In this document: piece by piece, positions 12,336-24,780 of the stretch
How the letters are laid out: each line of letters starts with the position of its first letter
How positions within the stretch are numbered: the stretch's first letter is position 1
NCBI GenBank assembly: GCA_013265495.1
Contig: MU058221.1
Span: 2,108,001-2,172,000 of the forward strand
DNA from: Vicugna vicugna
Lineage: Eukaryota
Length of the DNA: 64,000 bases
Direction of reading: 5' to 3'
Position numbers and translations under genes: made by a program
The notes under the pieces: model-generated
Databases searched by the model: none
The model's input: the letters and a program-made list of their open reading frames with translations, nothing else
Told to the model about the DNA's origin: nothing

Positions 12336-13082
12336 TCACACGCAGCCAGTGAGAGCCCAGCTGGGGCTTTTGTGAAGCTGGGCATACCTAGGTCATGTGA
12401 ATGTTCTGAAAGTTTCTTTCGTAGGATCCTTGTTTCCCTTTGATGAGCACCCCATAATCTTGATTTATATCTGTCCGGGTCCTCTGGATTGTTAAATGTG
12501 GCCTTGTGTTATCTCGCCAGTTTGAGGGCACATTTGATCTTGAAACTGGAGGGTCCTTTAATCAGTCAGTGTCCCTCGGGCCAGCTGGCTGGGATGCTCC
12601 AAGGACCGGGGTGATGGCAGCTGGCCGCCCCTGCGGGCCACTTCTGATTCTGAGGAAGCGAGACCCTCCATGAGGTCAATTGAGCATTTTCATCCTGCGG
12701 CTGTTTCAACAGCAGGGTCTTAAACGAGGTCGAGACTGCAGACGTTCCTGGATTACGTGCCTGTTCAGATTCTTCGCACGCTCCTTCCTCGTCCAGCTGT
12801 TAGTGGAGGTTAACCAGCCCGTCACTGTGCCTCCTCTAGTGATGGTTTGGTTTGCAGTTTTCCTTAAGCGCTGGTTGCATTTTGAACTGCGGGAGTAAGC
12901 TCCGTAGAAACGCTTATCCACGGGTGAGTTGAGGAAGCCTTTAAGGGCGAAACTAAATTTGAACTGACCTTTTGAATAATTAGAAGTTCCCTGGAGGAGG
13001 AGATCCTGGAACACTGGTGCCATTAGTATTTATTTCCTTTGTTATTTGTTGTTTTTCATTTTTTGTCATAGCCTTTGATTTT

Positions 13083-13255
13083 CAGCAGTTCTGCAGTGAT
13101 GGAAACATTCTCTATCTGTCCTGTCAGATGCAGTCACCACTTAGCCACCTGCGGCCACTGAGCACTTAAAATGGGACTAGTGTGAGTGAGGAACTAGGAT
13201 TTTAAGTTCCTGTAATTTAATTTAATTTTGAATAGTCTCCTTACTGGACAGAATA
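13083..13255. mobile_element. MER3-like hAT-Charlie MITE
   Basis: ttctgcagtgatggaaacattctctatctg..cacttagccac..ggccactgagcacttaaaatgggactagtgtgagtgaggaact..ttaatttaattttgaatag. Confidence 0.75.
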
Positions 13256-13259
13256 GGTC

Positions 13260-13470
13260 TGGGCAGTGGGCGGGTCTGCCCCTCCCCCCCAGAGGCGTGC
13301 GCAGTGTCTGGGGGTGTTTCTGGCTGTCACGGCTGGAGGGGGCGCCGCTCACACCCGGCGGGTGGAGAGCAGGGGTGCCCCTGAGCTTCCTGCAGTGCAC
13401 AGGGCAGCCTGCACATCACAGGACGATCTGGTCCAGAGTATCAAGGATGCTGAATCAGAGCAACCCTGTC
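13260..13470. mobile_element. MER20 hAT-Charlie MITE (strongly GC-shifted)
   Basis: gcagtgtctgggggtgtttctggctgtcacggctgg..cgggtggagagcaggggtgcc..tcctgcagtgcacagggcagcc..tctggtccagagtatcaa..tgctga..agcaaccctg. Confidence 0.75.
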
Positions 13471-14369
13471 TGGAGTCTGAGGCTTTTCAGAGGAGAATAG
13501 TTTCATCTTCTGAGTGCCTAACAATTTGTCGTTATGTTTGTTCATGGCCTCTAAACTGCAGAAAAAGAAATAGAACAAAGAGACCAAATGGTCAATACCA
13601 AAAGCATTGGAAGCACATCATTTTGGGAAAAAAAAATAGAGACAGTCGAGTGCTTCGGAGACACACACAGTGCAGGTTACAGTCCTTGTCAGCTGGCCGA
13701 AGCAGTGAGCTCCCCAAGGACGGGATGACGCCGAAGGTGGACAGGCTGACTGTCGGAACACTGTGTGCAGGCAGACGGGCATAATCAGTGTCCGTAAGAC
13801 TGCTCCATGTTACCAGGGCAGATGTTAATGTTAACATTTATCATCTTCGAAATATGAGCAATATGTTTTAAATTAATATAGAGAAAACGAAAATAATCAA
13901 ACATTACTCATTCTATTTCTGATTTCCGAAAGCGATACATTTGCCCTTTTCTACACTTCTCGGTAAGTTAAGTAACCTGGGCCTTATTTTGTAGTCGAGA
14001 GCGGCAGCCTCAGAGAACTTACCCACCAGGGTTACGATGGCTGGTCACCCTCAGCTTCTGGTTTCAAACCTAGTTCTCACTGTAAAGTAAGGGGAGTATG
14101 TCCCTTGCTTGCGTGCATCTGCCTTGCTGTGTTTTCAAATGAAGAAGCCATTGCCGAGCGCTCAGGAGGGCGACCGAGCACAGTGCTGGCTACGGGGCAG
14201 AGCAGGGATGGAGCCCAGCTCGCGCTGAGTGACTTCGAACGCTGTGAAATTTCTAATCACAGCCAGCTTCTTGTCACTGAAAGCCGGGACTGCTTTTGTT
14301 TTGTTTCTCCAAATAAAGCCACCTATTAGGTGGTGAATTCTGGTGGGAAGGTATGTGGATTGTACCTGT

Positions 14370-15025
14370 TTCTTTATAAGACTTTGTTTTTTAGGGCAGT
14401 TTTAGGTTTACACTAAAAGTGAGAGGGAGGCACAGAGATTTCTCATGGAACCCCTGGCCCCCCATATGCACACCCCCCCATTATCAACATCACTCACCAG
14501 AATGGTAGGTGCCTTTGTAACCAAGGGTGAACCTGCACGGAGCCGTCATGAGCACCCCAAGTCCGAGGCTCACAGTGCACATTAGGATTCACTCTTGGTG
14601 GTGTACCTCCTTCGGATTTGGGCAAATGTATAATAACATATATTCATCATTATAATACCATTCAGAATATTTCACAACCCTGACAATCCTCTGTGTTCCG
14701 CTGACATCTCTCGCCTCCCTCCTCAGTGACCACTGATACTTTTATTGTCTCTGCAGTCTTGCCTTTTCCAAAATGTCCTGCAGTTGGAATCAGACAGGAT
14801 GTAGCCTTTTCAGATTGTCTTCATTCACTTTCATACACATTTAAAGTTCCTCCGTGTCTCTTCACGGCTTGATAGCTCGTTTCTTTTTAGTGTTGAATAG
14901 TATTCCAGTGTCTGGATGGACCACAGTTCATTTATTCATTTGCCTACTGTTTGGTTACTTCCGTGTCCAGGTTTTTGTGTGGACACAAGTTTTCAGCTCC
15001 TCTGGGTAAATACCAAGGAGTGTCA
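14370..15025 (-). mobile_element. L1MC-type 3' end
   Basis: agactttgttttttagggcagttttaggtttacac..acagagatttctc..caccagaatggta..cattaggattcactcttggtggtgtac..gtagccttttcagattg..gggtaaataccaaggag. Confidence 0.88.
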
Positions 15026-15699
15026 GATAAAACCTAGTTTAAAAATTGATCCTGTTCTCTGAAACTCATTTCTCATAGGTGGCATCTGACTTTTCATGTC
15101 CTAAAAAGTCAGCATTCATTAAGCTGATGGTAGAAACTTAGAGCGTAAAAGCGCCATGTATACTGGAAGCTATTATCTTGCTAGTTGACACGGCACGCTG
15201 CTCTAAACGGAATTCTCTTTGAGCCTTTTTTCACATAAATTAAGTACGTATAATGAATTTTATGAATATTACCACATTTTTATAAAAATACTACATTACA
15301 AGATGCAACAATTTCATATGCTTTGTCTTACAATGAGCTGTTGCCTGAGTGGATGATGATGGTGATAATAATAATAGTTTGCTGCTGTTTTTCGGTGGCG
15401 GGGGTGGGGAGGGGGGCAGAGAACACTCGCTGTCCTCTGAAATGCTGGGACTCCTCTCTGTCCTTCCCTTCCTTCCATGACCCTTCCCTCCCTCTCTTCG
15501 TTTCTCCTTTCTTTTTACTAATGTTTATTAACTACCTACAAGATTTCAGATGCTGGGGTAAACCCTGGGGGTGCAAAGGGAAAATCAGTTTGATATTAAG
15601 GAAACTACACTTACCAGGTCCCCTCACACCTTGAACCGCTCCCCGTGAAGGATCAGCCCTCCAGATACCTGCGTTCCCACAGCTCGTCGTGTCACAGTA

Positions 15700-15921
15700 C
15701 AGTTGGCCCTTGAACAACGTGGGTTTAAACTGATGGGTCCACTAATGGATTTTTTTTATTTGGTAAGTGCTGTGGTACGACGTGATCCATGGCTGGTTGA
15801 ATCCACGGAGGTGGAACCATGGATATGAATGTGGAAGGCAACTTGGGGCTTGAGCACCTGTGGATTTTGGTGCCCTCAGCGCATCCTAGAAGCAACCCCC
15901 ATGGGTACTTAGGGACCGCTC
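15700..15921. mobile_element. TcMar-Tigger MITE (Tigger2/MER8-like)
   Basis: TA followed by the terminal sequence cagttggcccttgaacaacgtgggtttaaactg..gggtccact; ends ..caacccccatgggtacttagggaccgct. Confidence 0.75.
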
Positions 15922-15924
15922 TTG

Positions 15925-16320
15925 TTAATATTCAATGTGCTAGGCTGCTGTAACCGAAAGACGCAGACATCCAGTGCCCTAAACAGACAGCCAGGCAGCT
16001 GCTTTCTCTCTCAGGTAACAGTGCAGGGGGGAGGGGTCGAGGTCTGGCGGGCAGCTCCACCGTCCTCAGCGTGAGGCTTACACCTCCTGGTCCAGGTGGC
16101 TGCCCCTTCCTCTCTCAGCCAGTGCACCTCAGAAAGAGGGACAAAGGCCAGGGGAACACAGACCTAGTAGTCTTAAGGGCACACATCTCAGCCACTCAAA
16201 CCCCGTTTTTCAGAACCGGATGACAGGATTACAGAAGGGCAGAGGATGCTGGGAAGTGAAGGCTTGGCTGGTGGCCACGTGTCCAGGTGATGCTCTCAAA
16301 GGATGGAGGCAGCAGAGAAT
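15925..16320. mobile_element. Old MLT1 (MaLR) LTR remnant
   Basis: gctaggctgctgtaac..cagtgccctaaac..tttctctctcaggtaacag..ggatgctgggaagtg motifs. Confidence 0.5.
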
Positions 16321-16901
16321 GACCTTATGGACCAAGTGCCAGCTGGCTGCATACCTGTTCCAGCAGTTAATGCTTTGGTGTTTATACATGACACACGCGT
16401 GCTTACGTGCGCTCTACCTTGATAATAAGCATCACGCTGGCCTGGAATGTCTGGTCGTTTTTATGTACCCAATGAATAGCAGCCATGCAGACTCCTGTTA
16501 GACCCTTGATAACATAGAATGAATTCTGTAAAAATGTTCAGAAACCTACATGTAGCATTTTTCGTGGGTCTATCAAACATGAAGTACTGTTTTAGGAACT
16601 TTCTATCACTCTGGGAATACGTGGGTTTAGAGCTTGCTTACTTAACGCTTTTCTTTCCCATAAGCCTTCCAACGCCATTTGCTTCCAGAAAATAAATTGG
16701 AACAACATTTTTTTAAAAGGCATCCAGTGAGTTGGAAACAGCCAGGAAAACTAGAAAAATCAGAGTGAACAGCACTATGTTATAAACTGAAAATGCCATG
16801 AATATATTGATCATAAATATAGATAAACATATATATCTGCATATAACACATACATGTATATGTATATCTGTCTGGGTTAAACATTTTTTTAAATATTTTA
16901 A

Positions 16902-17074
16902 TTTTAATTTTTTGTTTTTTTTGTTTTTGTTTTTTTTCTTTTTTTTTGGAGAGGGAGGTAATTAGGCTTATTTATCTATTTATTTATTTAATTTAAAAAA
17001 TGGAGGTATAGGGGTGGAACCCAGGACCTCGTGCCTGCTAAGCATGCATGCTGCCACTGAGCTAGACCCTCCCC
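16902..17074 (-). mobile_element. Camelid tRNA-Ala-derived SINE (vic-1 type) with A-rich tail
   Basis: Reverse complement reads GGGGAGGGTCTAGCTCAGTGGCAGCATGCATGCTTAGCAGGCACGAGGTCCTGGGTTCCACCCC..TACCTCCA..(AAAT)n..CCTAATTACCTCCC plus A-tail, with Pol III A and B boxes. Possible TSD atattt(t)aa. Confidence 0.85.
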
Positions 17075-17429
17075 ATATTTAAAGATTGTTTTTTAGGTAC
17101 ATGTGACAGAAATCCAATCCAGATTAGGTTCAGCAAGAGGGAAGGTGTCCTGTGGATAAGGAGGATCTTAAGGCACCCAGGGGAAGCTGGGAATAAAAAC
17201 TGAGATGCCCCGAGTCTCCCTCTGTATCTCAGCCTAGTCCCTTTATGATCTGCGCCGTATTTTTTTTTCATACTCACAACCCTCTTTTGTTTTTCTGTCC
17301 ACAAAGCACTAACGAGGGGGATGCAATCTGAGTTTGCACAGAGAGAGGTAGTGTTGCTGCACGACCTTGGATGAGTTAGGACAGCGTCTGGGCCGCTGTG
17401 ATGAGGCTTGGGTGAGGTGCCAACCCCTT

Positions 17430-17985
17430 GACTGTTGTTTTCAAAGGTGGCCACGCCCAGTCCTTCCTTGTTCCTTTGCAGGGTGGCTCCTCTGCGTCTG
17501 TCACCGGAAAGTGGAGTCTGTTTTCCCCACCCCTGGAATCCGGAATTACCTTAAGACTTGCTTTGACTGGCACATTGTGGCTGGCGAGTGAGTTTTGCGC
17601 TCAGGTCTGCAGACGCTCTGTAGCTTTCCGTTCTGTCCTGTCATAATGCTGACCTTTGAGGACCAAGGCACGAAGGCCCCCAGGTGAAAGACTAAACAGG
17701 AAAAGGAGGGAGCCGTCCCAGCCGACCCTGGCCCCCAGCCGACCCTGGCCCCCAGCCGATCCTGGTCCCCAGCCGACCCTGGTCCCCAGCCAGCAGCCAG
17801 TGCCGATTGCTAAACGTGAGCTGAGGGTGTTTTCAGCCTCCGGCACAGCGGGTCCTGTGGTTGAATGTGACTGTGTGTAAGTTCAGGGGACCCTTGCCAC
17901 TCCTCACCCCAAGTCATGGAAAATAGAAATGGGTTTTTCTCTGTGTGTGTGTTGGTTTTTAATGCAGTAGGAAGTAACTGGGACA
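17430..17985. mobile_element. MLT1-type MaLR LTR containing a minisatellite
   Basis: tcaaaggtggccac..aagtggagtctgttttccccacccctggaatc..gacttgctttgactggca..ggtttttaatgcagtag..taactgggaca. Confidence 0.7.
17717..17791 (+). repeat. 17-bp minisatellite (CCCAGCCGACCCTGGYC), ~4.4 copies
   Basis: Units start at 17717, 17734, 17751 and 17768, with a partial unit at 17785. Confidence 0.95.
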
Positions 17986-19339
17986 ACCTTGTTCTAGTCA
18001 TTGTGTGTCGAGGATGGGGTCACAGCGGAACTTGGGGTCTGAGTAATCAGTGTGAGTAGGATTTGAAGGCACCACTCCTAAGAGAGCTTCGGGAGGTGGC
18101 TGTGAGAATAAGGTGTGGTTATATGAGCAAACAGGGCACTAAGACTGAATTTTAAAATATGTATTCAGTCATCGAATATCCACAAAATAGGGACATTCGT
18201 TTTTTTTGAAGTGCACCCAACAAAACGATACTCAATTTGCGTAAAGCCTATGACACCCGATTTCAGGTATTCTGTGCCTTATGCTGTCCTTCACGCTCAC
18301 CCTGCTCTGCTAAGAAGGGATTGGTCCCTCAGCTCCTGTGGCAGGGGAACCATTTCCTCTTACCTTGGACATTTGTGACTTTCAAAGACGAATTACTCCC
18401 TGTGGTTCAGCTGGCATCAGTCACATGGGCCGTGAAGTGTGTCGTTGATGCATCTCTCAGAGCCGTCCCTTGTGACAGGACTGTGTCTTTAGTACTGCCA
18501 GGCCGTCTAGGTGGAGCTCTGCTTGAGACGGGGCAGTGCTCTTAGGAGAGACCTAGCGATGGCGGCAGCTGCTGACAGATGGACGGTGCTGGGTTCCAGC
18601 CATTCGGTCTGGTCGACGAGGCACGAATGACACTTTAGGAAGCAGATCTGACAACAGCTAAAGACCTGGATCTTTTAATATTCTGTTTTAAAGATTCTGC
18701 ATTTTTATGGAATTGTGGTGATAGAGGATGCAGACCATTATATCTATCTGAATTTTTTTATCTATTCTCTGTTTGAATTTGTCTTCTTTCAGCCATGTTG
18801 CTGGAATAGAGTCACTGCCTTAGACTGTGGCACCACTGGTATTAGCATTTCTCAAGGGGCTGAAACCGAAATTGGCAAATACAAAGAATCAAATCGTACT
18901 GGAATTTAAGGGGAAGTTCTAGTATTTTTAAAAAATGAAACTTGAGGCCCGTTAAGGTACAGCAGAGAGGGAGAAAGCATGTGGAATGGTTTTTGTATTT
19001 TGAAAACAAACAAATGTCATTTTCTATTGTTCTCTTCATTGTCTTCACCCTTGAGCGTTTCCACTTGGTGTTACATATACTACAGGATTCCCAGCACCAC
19101 TGCCCCCGACAGGAGCCATGTGCTGCTCTAGAATAATAGGGAGAACTTTACGTCTTATTGTAGTTTCTAAATTTGCTAGATAAATCTCCTAAATTCTCCT
19201 TCTAACTGTGGAGATAAGGAAATACCTGAACTCGTAACTCAAAATTCTCTCAAAGGTTGGCAAGGGTATAACTAAGTGAGAGGTGACCCTGAGAATTACT
19301 CATTAATTATTAATAGGCAAGGGTCATACGATTATATCG

Positions 19340-19675
19340 CTATCTGTCTGTCTATCTGTCTGTCTGTCTAAAATTAAAGTATATTGTTGTGTCAGTTTCT
19401 GGTGTACAGCACAGTGTTTCAGTCATACATACACATGTATATATATGTTTTCATATTCTTTTTCATTATAGGTTACTACAAGATATTGAATATAGTTCCA
19501 TGTGCTCTACGCAAGAAACTTGTTGTTTATCTATTTTATATATAGTAGTTAGCATTTGCAAATCTCGAACTCCCAATGTATCCCTTCCCGCCCACTTTGA
19601 CCCCAGGTAACCTTAAGTTTCTTTTCTGTGTCTGTGAGTCCGTTTCTGTTTTGCAAATAAGTTCATCTGTGTCAA
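19340..19675 (-). mobile_element. Camelid L1 3' end with (TCTR)n-derived tail
   Basis: aattaaagtatattgttgtgtcagtttctggtgtacagcacag..tataggttactacaagatattgaatatagttcc..tgtgagtccgtttctgttttgcaaataagttcat. Confidence 0.88.
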
Positions 19676-21967
19676 GAGAGGCATCTTAAAATAAATCTTA
19701 GCCTCCTTCGCAATTTACCTAAACTCTAGTGCAGAAATTACAATGCACAATCAGATTTTATCCTTGCAGAAGAATTCCCTATTCTTCATTTTTGTTTTCA
19801 TCTCTTTTTCCAACTCTCCCCAGTACCTTACCCACCCCTTCTCCCCGGCACACACAAAGGAGATAGAACACGCAAGAAAGGAGGGAAAAAAACAAAGGTG
19901 GAGGCTTGCAGGACAGAGGAAGTAAGACTTCAGAGACAGATAAATGGGGAGGCAGACCTGGGGCTTTCATTTCAGCGCGGCCTCCGGCGTCTGAGACGGG
20001 AGCGCTTGATACTAACCTCAGAGCGAACGTTTCAGTGGGGTTCTAGCTCATGAGGAGGAGTAAGTATGTGTACGGGGCCAAGTCATCACGGGTAGGGTAA
20101 GTCTGCCTTGTTTGACACCTAAGTCTTTTATCTCTCTTCACACGTATCATTGGCTTCACCGTCCTACCGTCAGGCCCCCTATTCTGCTGACCGTTAGGAG
20201 GGCATGAATGGGTCCCGTGTGGCTGATCTGACTTCCTGCAATGAAACGGGACAGGCTCTTAGTGTTTGTACCTCAGTGTTTGTGGCCCCGGAGCAGGCGT
20301 TCACTGGAGGCTTACCTGCCCTGTGTCTAAATACTAAAGTTGTGAATCAGGCTGACAAACTGTCCATTAAAATGTGCATGCTCTGCCCTCCCGCCTTGAC
20401 AAACATATTTCAGCTTCACACTGGTGAAAAATACAGGCAGTGTTAGATTATTTTTATGATGCAAAGTCAGCAAAATTTCCAGGTCAACTGACTTCAGATA
20501 CTGCTGTTCAGTTGGGTGTTCTGTTGATGGGCTGCATACATAATACAATAAAGTCATGTGTACAAACTATGGTATATTTTTGCATAAAATTTGTTTTTTT
20601 GCCTTCATTTCAGCACAGTCACAAATTATGTTATTATAGTAAAGATTTTCACATAACTTGTGTTCTGTTAAGAGTAATCTAAATGATAGAAAAATGTAAT
20701 AATCAAGTACACAAAATCTACATGTGTTTTTTTCAAAAATTAAAATGGAACAATGTAAAAAGTATAAAATATTTTGCATGGATGATCTAAAAAGTTACTT
20801 TTCCTCTAATATATTCAAATGTAGCTTCTAAAATTAAAGGGCACAATAAATATATAATAATGACAAATTTTTAAATCACTTTTAAAATAATCAAGCTGAT
20901 AATTTTAGATAATATTTTTAAAAAATTAAATTACTTCTCAGTAAATTTGTTTGTGAAAAGAAATTACTAGCAATTGTTCTGTTCCGTGGCTTTCTAGTTG
21001 CCAAAATAAAAAACCTGTATCATGATTGACACATGCTACATGGGGACCTAAATTTCTGCAAATTTAAGGGCGATATAAATTGCTAAATATTATATTTATC
21101 TGCCCCCATGTGCAGCTGGTGTGCATATCATGGTATTTTGCATGTGACTCAGAACCACAATTTGAAACAGGAAGAGAAGGAGAAAGTAGTCACTGAACAG
21201 CACTGTGGAGGAATATGGCTCTGTGTGAGAATCTGGTGTGTTGATTGATACTCTCTCAGGGGAAGGATTCGTTAGCTAACTTGTCTTATTAGTGAAATAA
21301 ATACTCTTCTCTTCAGACGGCCTGTTCTCAGGGGAAGTACCTGTTTCTGACAGCACAGGAGAGTTCGTAGCGTATGGGCGGGTGCCCTTGCTTTTGAGGA
21401 CATTGGGCAATCGGTATGGCAAAGGGTTTCTCTGGGCCCTAAAAAGTCTCTGATGTTAGCGGATGGGGGGACCCTGAGGTGAGGAGGCCCCCAGAGCATG
21501 GGCCCTTGCCTGCCAGCGGGAAGGGTTCAGAGCTGAGGCAGAGGGGCAGAGCGAAAGCCACTTTTATCCCTCCAAAGAGGAGAAGGAAGGAAAGCGCTCG
21601 AGTGGGGAGAAGGAAAGGAAAAGTGCTGGAGTGAGGAGGAGGCGCTGGGGTCGGCGCCGTCAGCCCAGACGGGCCGCAGGGACAGCCCAGGTGGACTTCA
21701 CGGGACACTTCTGCCGCCAGGCCCTCCTTGCGGCTGTGCTGGAGCCATCAGCCCTTGCACGGGGCTTTCAGTGTCGGTGTGGGCTCTTCCGGTGGTCATG
21801 GCGGCCGGCAGCGGGCACGGCGCTGGCCGGTGTGTCACTCAGCAGGACGATGCATTGCAGTGAGAGTGCGGAGGCCCCGGGTCCGCTGGCCGTCACGCCC
21901 TGCACCATCCTGGCTCTTCTTTCTCCTCTGCGGCTGCCTCCTGAGACTTAGAGCAGAGTAATTGGTT

Positions 21968-22365
21968 TCTGTTCAACGGAGGGGCAGGGTGTGATCCTGG
22001 GGGCAACCAGCCGTGGTAACAAAAAGGAAAGTTGCTTTCAGCCAGAATGCTGGCCATCTGGTGGACCCAGTGTTCCCCCAGTGAGCGGTCTCTGAAGGTT
22101 CTGCTTAGAGGCGGGGGCCGGGGGCCTTAGTTCCTGCGGAGGAAATTAAAGATAACTGTTACGCATATTCCTTCAGGAGGAGCCAGGACGCTGCCTGGAG
22201 GCTGCGGTAGGCCCCCTCCCTTCCCTGAACAGCAGCTGTTGGGATCTGCCCTTTGGAACTCAGGGAAGGTCAAGGAGGCTGCGTGAAGCTAGCTCCTACA
22301 AAAGAGAAATGGGGGGCAGAACGGATTTGCATCAGGGAGGCCCCAGGGTCCTGCTTCATTTTTAG
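21968..22365 (-). mobile_element. ERV1-class solo LTR
   Basis: Starts tgttcaacggagggg..; contains ccctccttccctga..ctgccctttggaactcagggaaggtca..ggaggctg..acaaaagagaaatgggg..agggtcctgcttcatttt, typical of laurasiatherian ERV1 LTRs. Confidence 0.7.
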
Positions 22366-24019
22366 TGAGAATGGATGTTTAGGGATGCAGGTTTCACAGC
22401 ACCAGGTCCCAGGAGGCAGGGCTGTCCGTCGGTTGTTTAATGCACTTACATTTTCTGTGTTTGTGACATCTGAGGCCTTCCAAGGGGACCCTGAGCCAGG
22501 ACCCTGCTCACCACTGTAAGGACAGAGGCAGACCTTGCAAAATAGGAAGAAAATTAAATAGGAGACTTTTCTGGAACCGAAGAAAGCTTTTAACATTATA
22601 ATCTTCTCAACAGCTATTTTGAACTTCTTTAAACTTTGCCCAGGTTGGTGATAAACTTAATAGAAAAACAAATGCCTCTCCTTTCCTTGGAAAAAACAGA
22701 AACAAAAAACAAAACCAACACACACATGCAGTGAAAACTGACTCCTGGCTTCCACCCAGTTAGAGTTCCTTAAAATACCACGAGGGCCAGCAGCATCCAA
22801 CAAGGCAGAGATGGAGCCCTCTGGGAAGCGACAGACGGACCTGCCAGAGCTGGTGGCCTTTGCAGGTCCAGGGTTTCAAGCCAAGTAAGAGAATCAGGTT
22901 GGGAAGGAAAAAATACATTTAGCAGCTTCAGCTAGGTAACGAGCAAATGGCAACAGTGTGATGAGAGTAGGTTACCAGAGATACAGATGCAAGATTCTCC
23001 CCCGTATGAGCGCAAAACAGGCATCCCGCCCAGCATGTGTCCCGCGTTCCCATCGTGGCCCGGGTTCCCTGCTGGCTCTCCTGGTGATGTAACCGGGAGG
23101 GTGAGACGCAGGTGACGTGCGAGGCTCGCGGTCTACGTATGCATGTCAAGCGGATGACTTTCAGTGCAATTTGCACAGAGCATCGAAGGAGGGACCTTCT
23201 TCCCTTCTTCCTCTTTCGTTTTTAGCTCTGTTGCCAAAATTCTCATTAAGATGATTACTGTTATGTCTTTAAGAGGTACCTTTCAAAATGCAAACGATGC
23301 ATCAAATGTGTAGCACATGTCAGTCCAGGCTGGGAATGCCAGAGTTCTACGAGAGGGGCTTTTTGTTTTTGTTCTGCAAAATGCGGGAAAGCCTAGAATG
23401 AGGAAACAGCCAGGTAGTCACCTGCCTGAAGCTCACTTGGAGGATGGACAGGATGTGCTGGAAGGTGGGGAGGTCAGCCAGAGCCCAGGCTCTCCAGGCC
23501 AGGCGGTCACCTGAAAGGACATAATGCCGGTCTTTCTTTCTCTTGTTTAAATGGGAGACCTAACCTTTGTTAGAAGAAAGAGTGACTTCAGCTAAAGTCA
23601 CCTCTGGCCATTTCTCTTGTGTTTAGAAATTTAAATTTACAAATTTCTGTCAGTTTGACTTACAAAAAGAATCTGTGATGAAGAGTTGAAAGGTTTTTAA
23701 AGTTTGAGGTAAATATGTTCTACTTTCCCTATTTGTGAACATAAGGGGGAAAACGTTTCCATTTTTACAAATTAATGGTTCGTCTCTAGATGCTTCAGAG
23801 GATTGCTTTTGCTCTGTGGCGTGAGCTTCATTAAATGAAACGTCCTTCAGCGTTTGTTCTTCTTCGTATTTATACCAGTTTTATGTGAAGTATTTCTGCA
23901 TCCCCCCTCACTGTTACTAATATATCCTTTTTCAGAGAGCGATCTGTCTGTCTACATTAAATCTTATAAGCAGGTATTATATTCCCTGAGACAGAGGAGA
24001 TCTCTGTCATTCGCTGTCT

Positions 24020-24175
24020 GGTGGGCCTCAGTGTGGTCCCAAGACCTGCAGGATCGGCCTCACCTGGGAACTTGTTAGGGCTGCGTATCCTCCACCCCCG
24101 ACCTGACCTGCTCGGTCACTCTGGAGTGGGGCCCAGCGATCGGTGTTGGAATTTGACTTCAGGGGATTCTGATCC
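24020..24175. mobile_element. MER5A hAT-Charlie MITE
   Basis: agtgtggtcccaagacctgcaggatcggcctcacctgggaacttgttag..ctctggagtggggcccagcgatc..caggggattctgat. Confidence 0.8.
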
Positions 24176-24544
24176 ATTAGTCTGGTCTTGCGCTTACGGT
24201 TCCCGCTCAGGAAACGGGTTTGAAGAAAGGTGGGACTGAGCCCCGGCCTTCGGAATCCTGCTCTCAGGCTTTTATCTTTATTCTGAGCTTCACGTGAAGA
24301 ACATGACTGTTAGTGTCCTGGTGGGTCCTGGGCTTCTGGAAACTCAGTGTTTCCAAATCTGTCAGAACTTTCTAAGAGTATGCTCTGTGCCAGTTTCAGC
24401 CTGTGAGTAACCAGTGTTGTGGGCAGACTGGTCGTTGCGGTTTTTACTGTAACTGCAAGATGCTCTTCCGCAGTAACCATCAGGAAACTGAAAAAAGCAA
24501 AAGGCTTATGACTTACAGGACCTGGAAATGACACAGCACACTTG

Positions 24545-24780
24545 GGGCCCCACAGCAGGGTTGCCGGAGAGAGAGAGAGAAAGAGAGAGAGCACTCGTGG
24601 GCCTGGGGTTCTGTTCTTTGGGGGTCAAGGAGGGGCCTGGGGTTTCGAGGACTCCCTCTTTATTGGTGAATTTAAAACAAATGAGTGGGGATTTCAAGCA
24701 CAGGAAGGGGGGGGGTGGAAATAGCCCAAATGGTCGGTTACTGAAATCAACTAAGATCTCTAGAACAGAGAAGCCTCAGG
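24545..24780. mobile_element. Probable ERV LTR fragment
   Basis: ccacagcagggttgcc(ga)n..cgtgggcctggggttctg..ctctttattggtgaatttaaaac resembles old LTR text; family not identified. Confidence 0.4.

Noticed and set aside
17003..17074. tRNA-Ala gene
   Set aside because: It is the tRNA-derived head of a SINE, with degenerate stems and a SINE body and tail.
17717..17791. CRISPR-like array (also 52078-52185)
   Set aside because: Head-to-tail tandem units with no spacers in mammalian DNA; no cas genes.
20480..21130. AT-rich block, possibly an old hAT transposon remnant
   Set aside because: No terminal repeat or family motif that I could identify with confidence.
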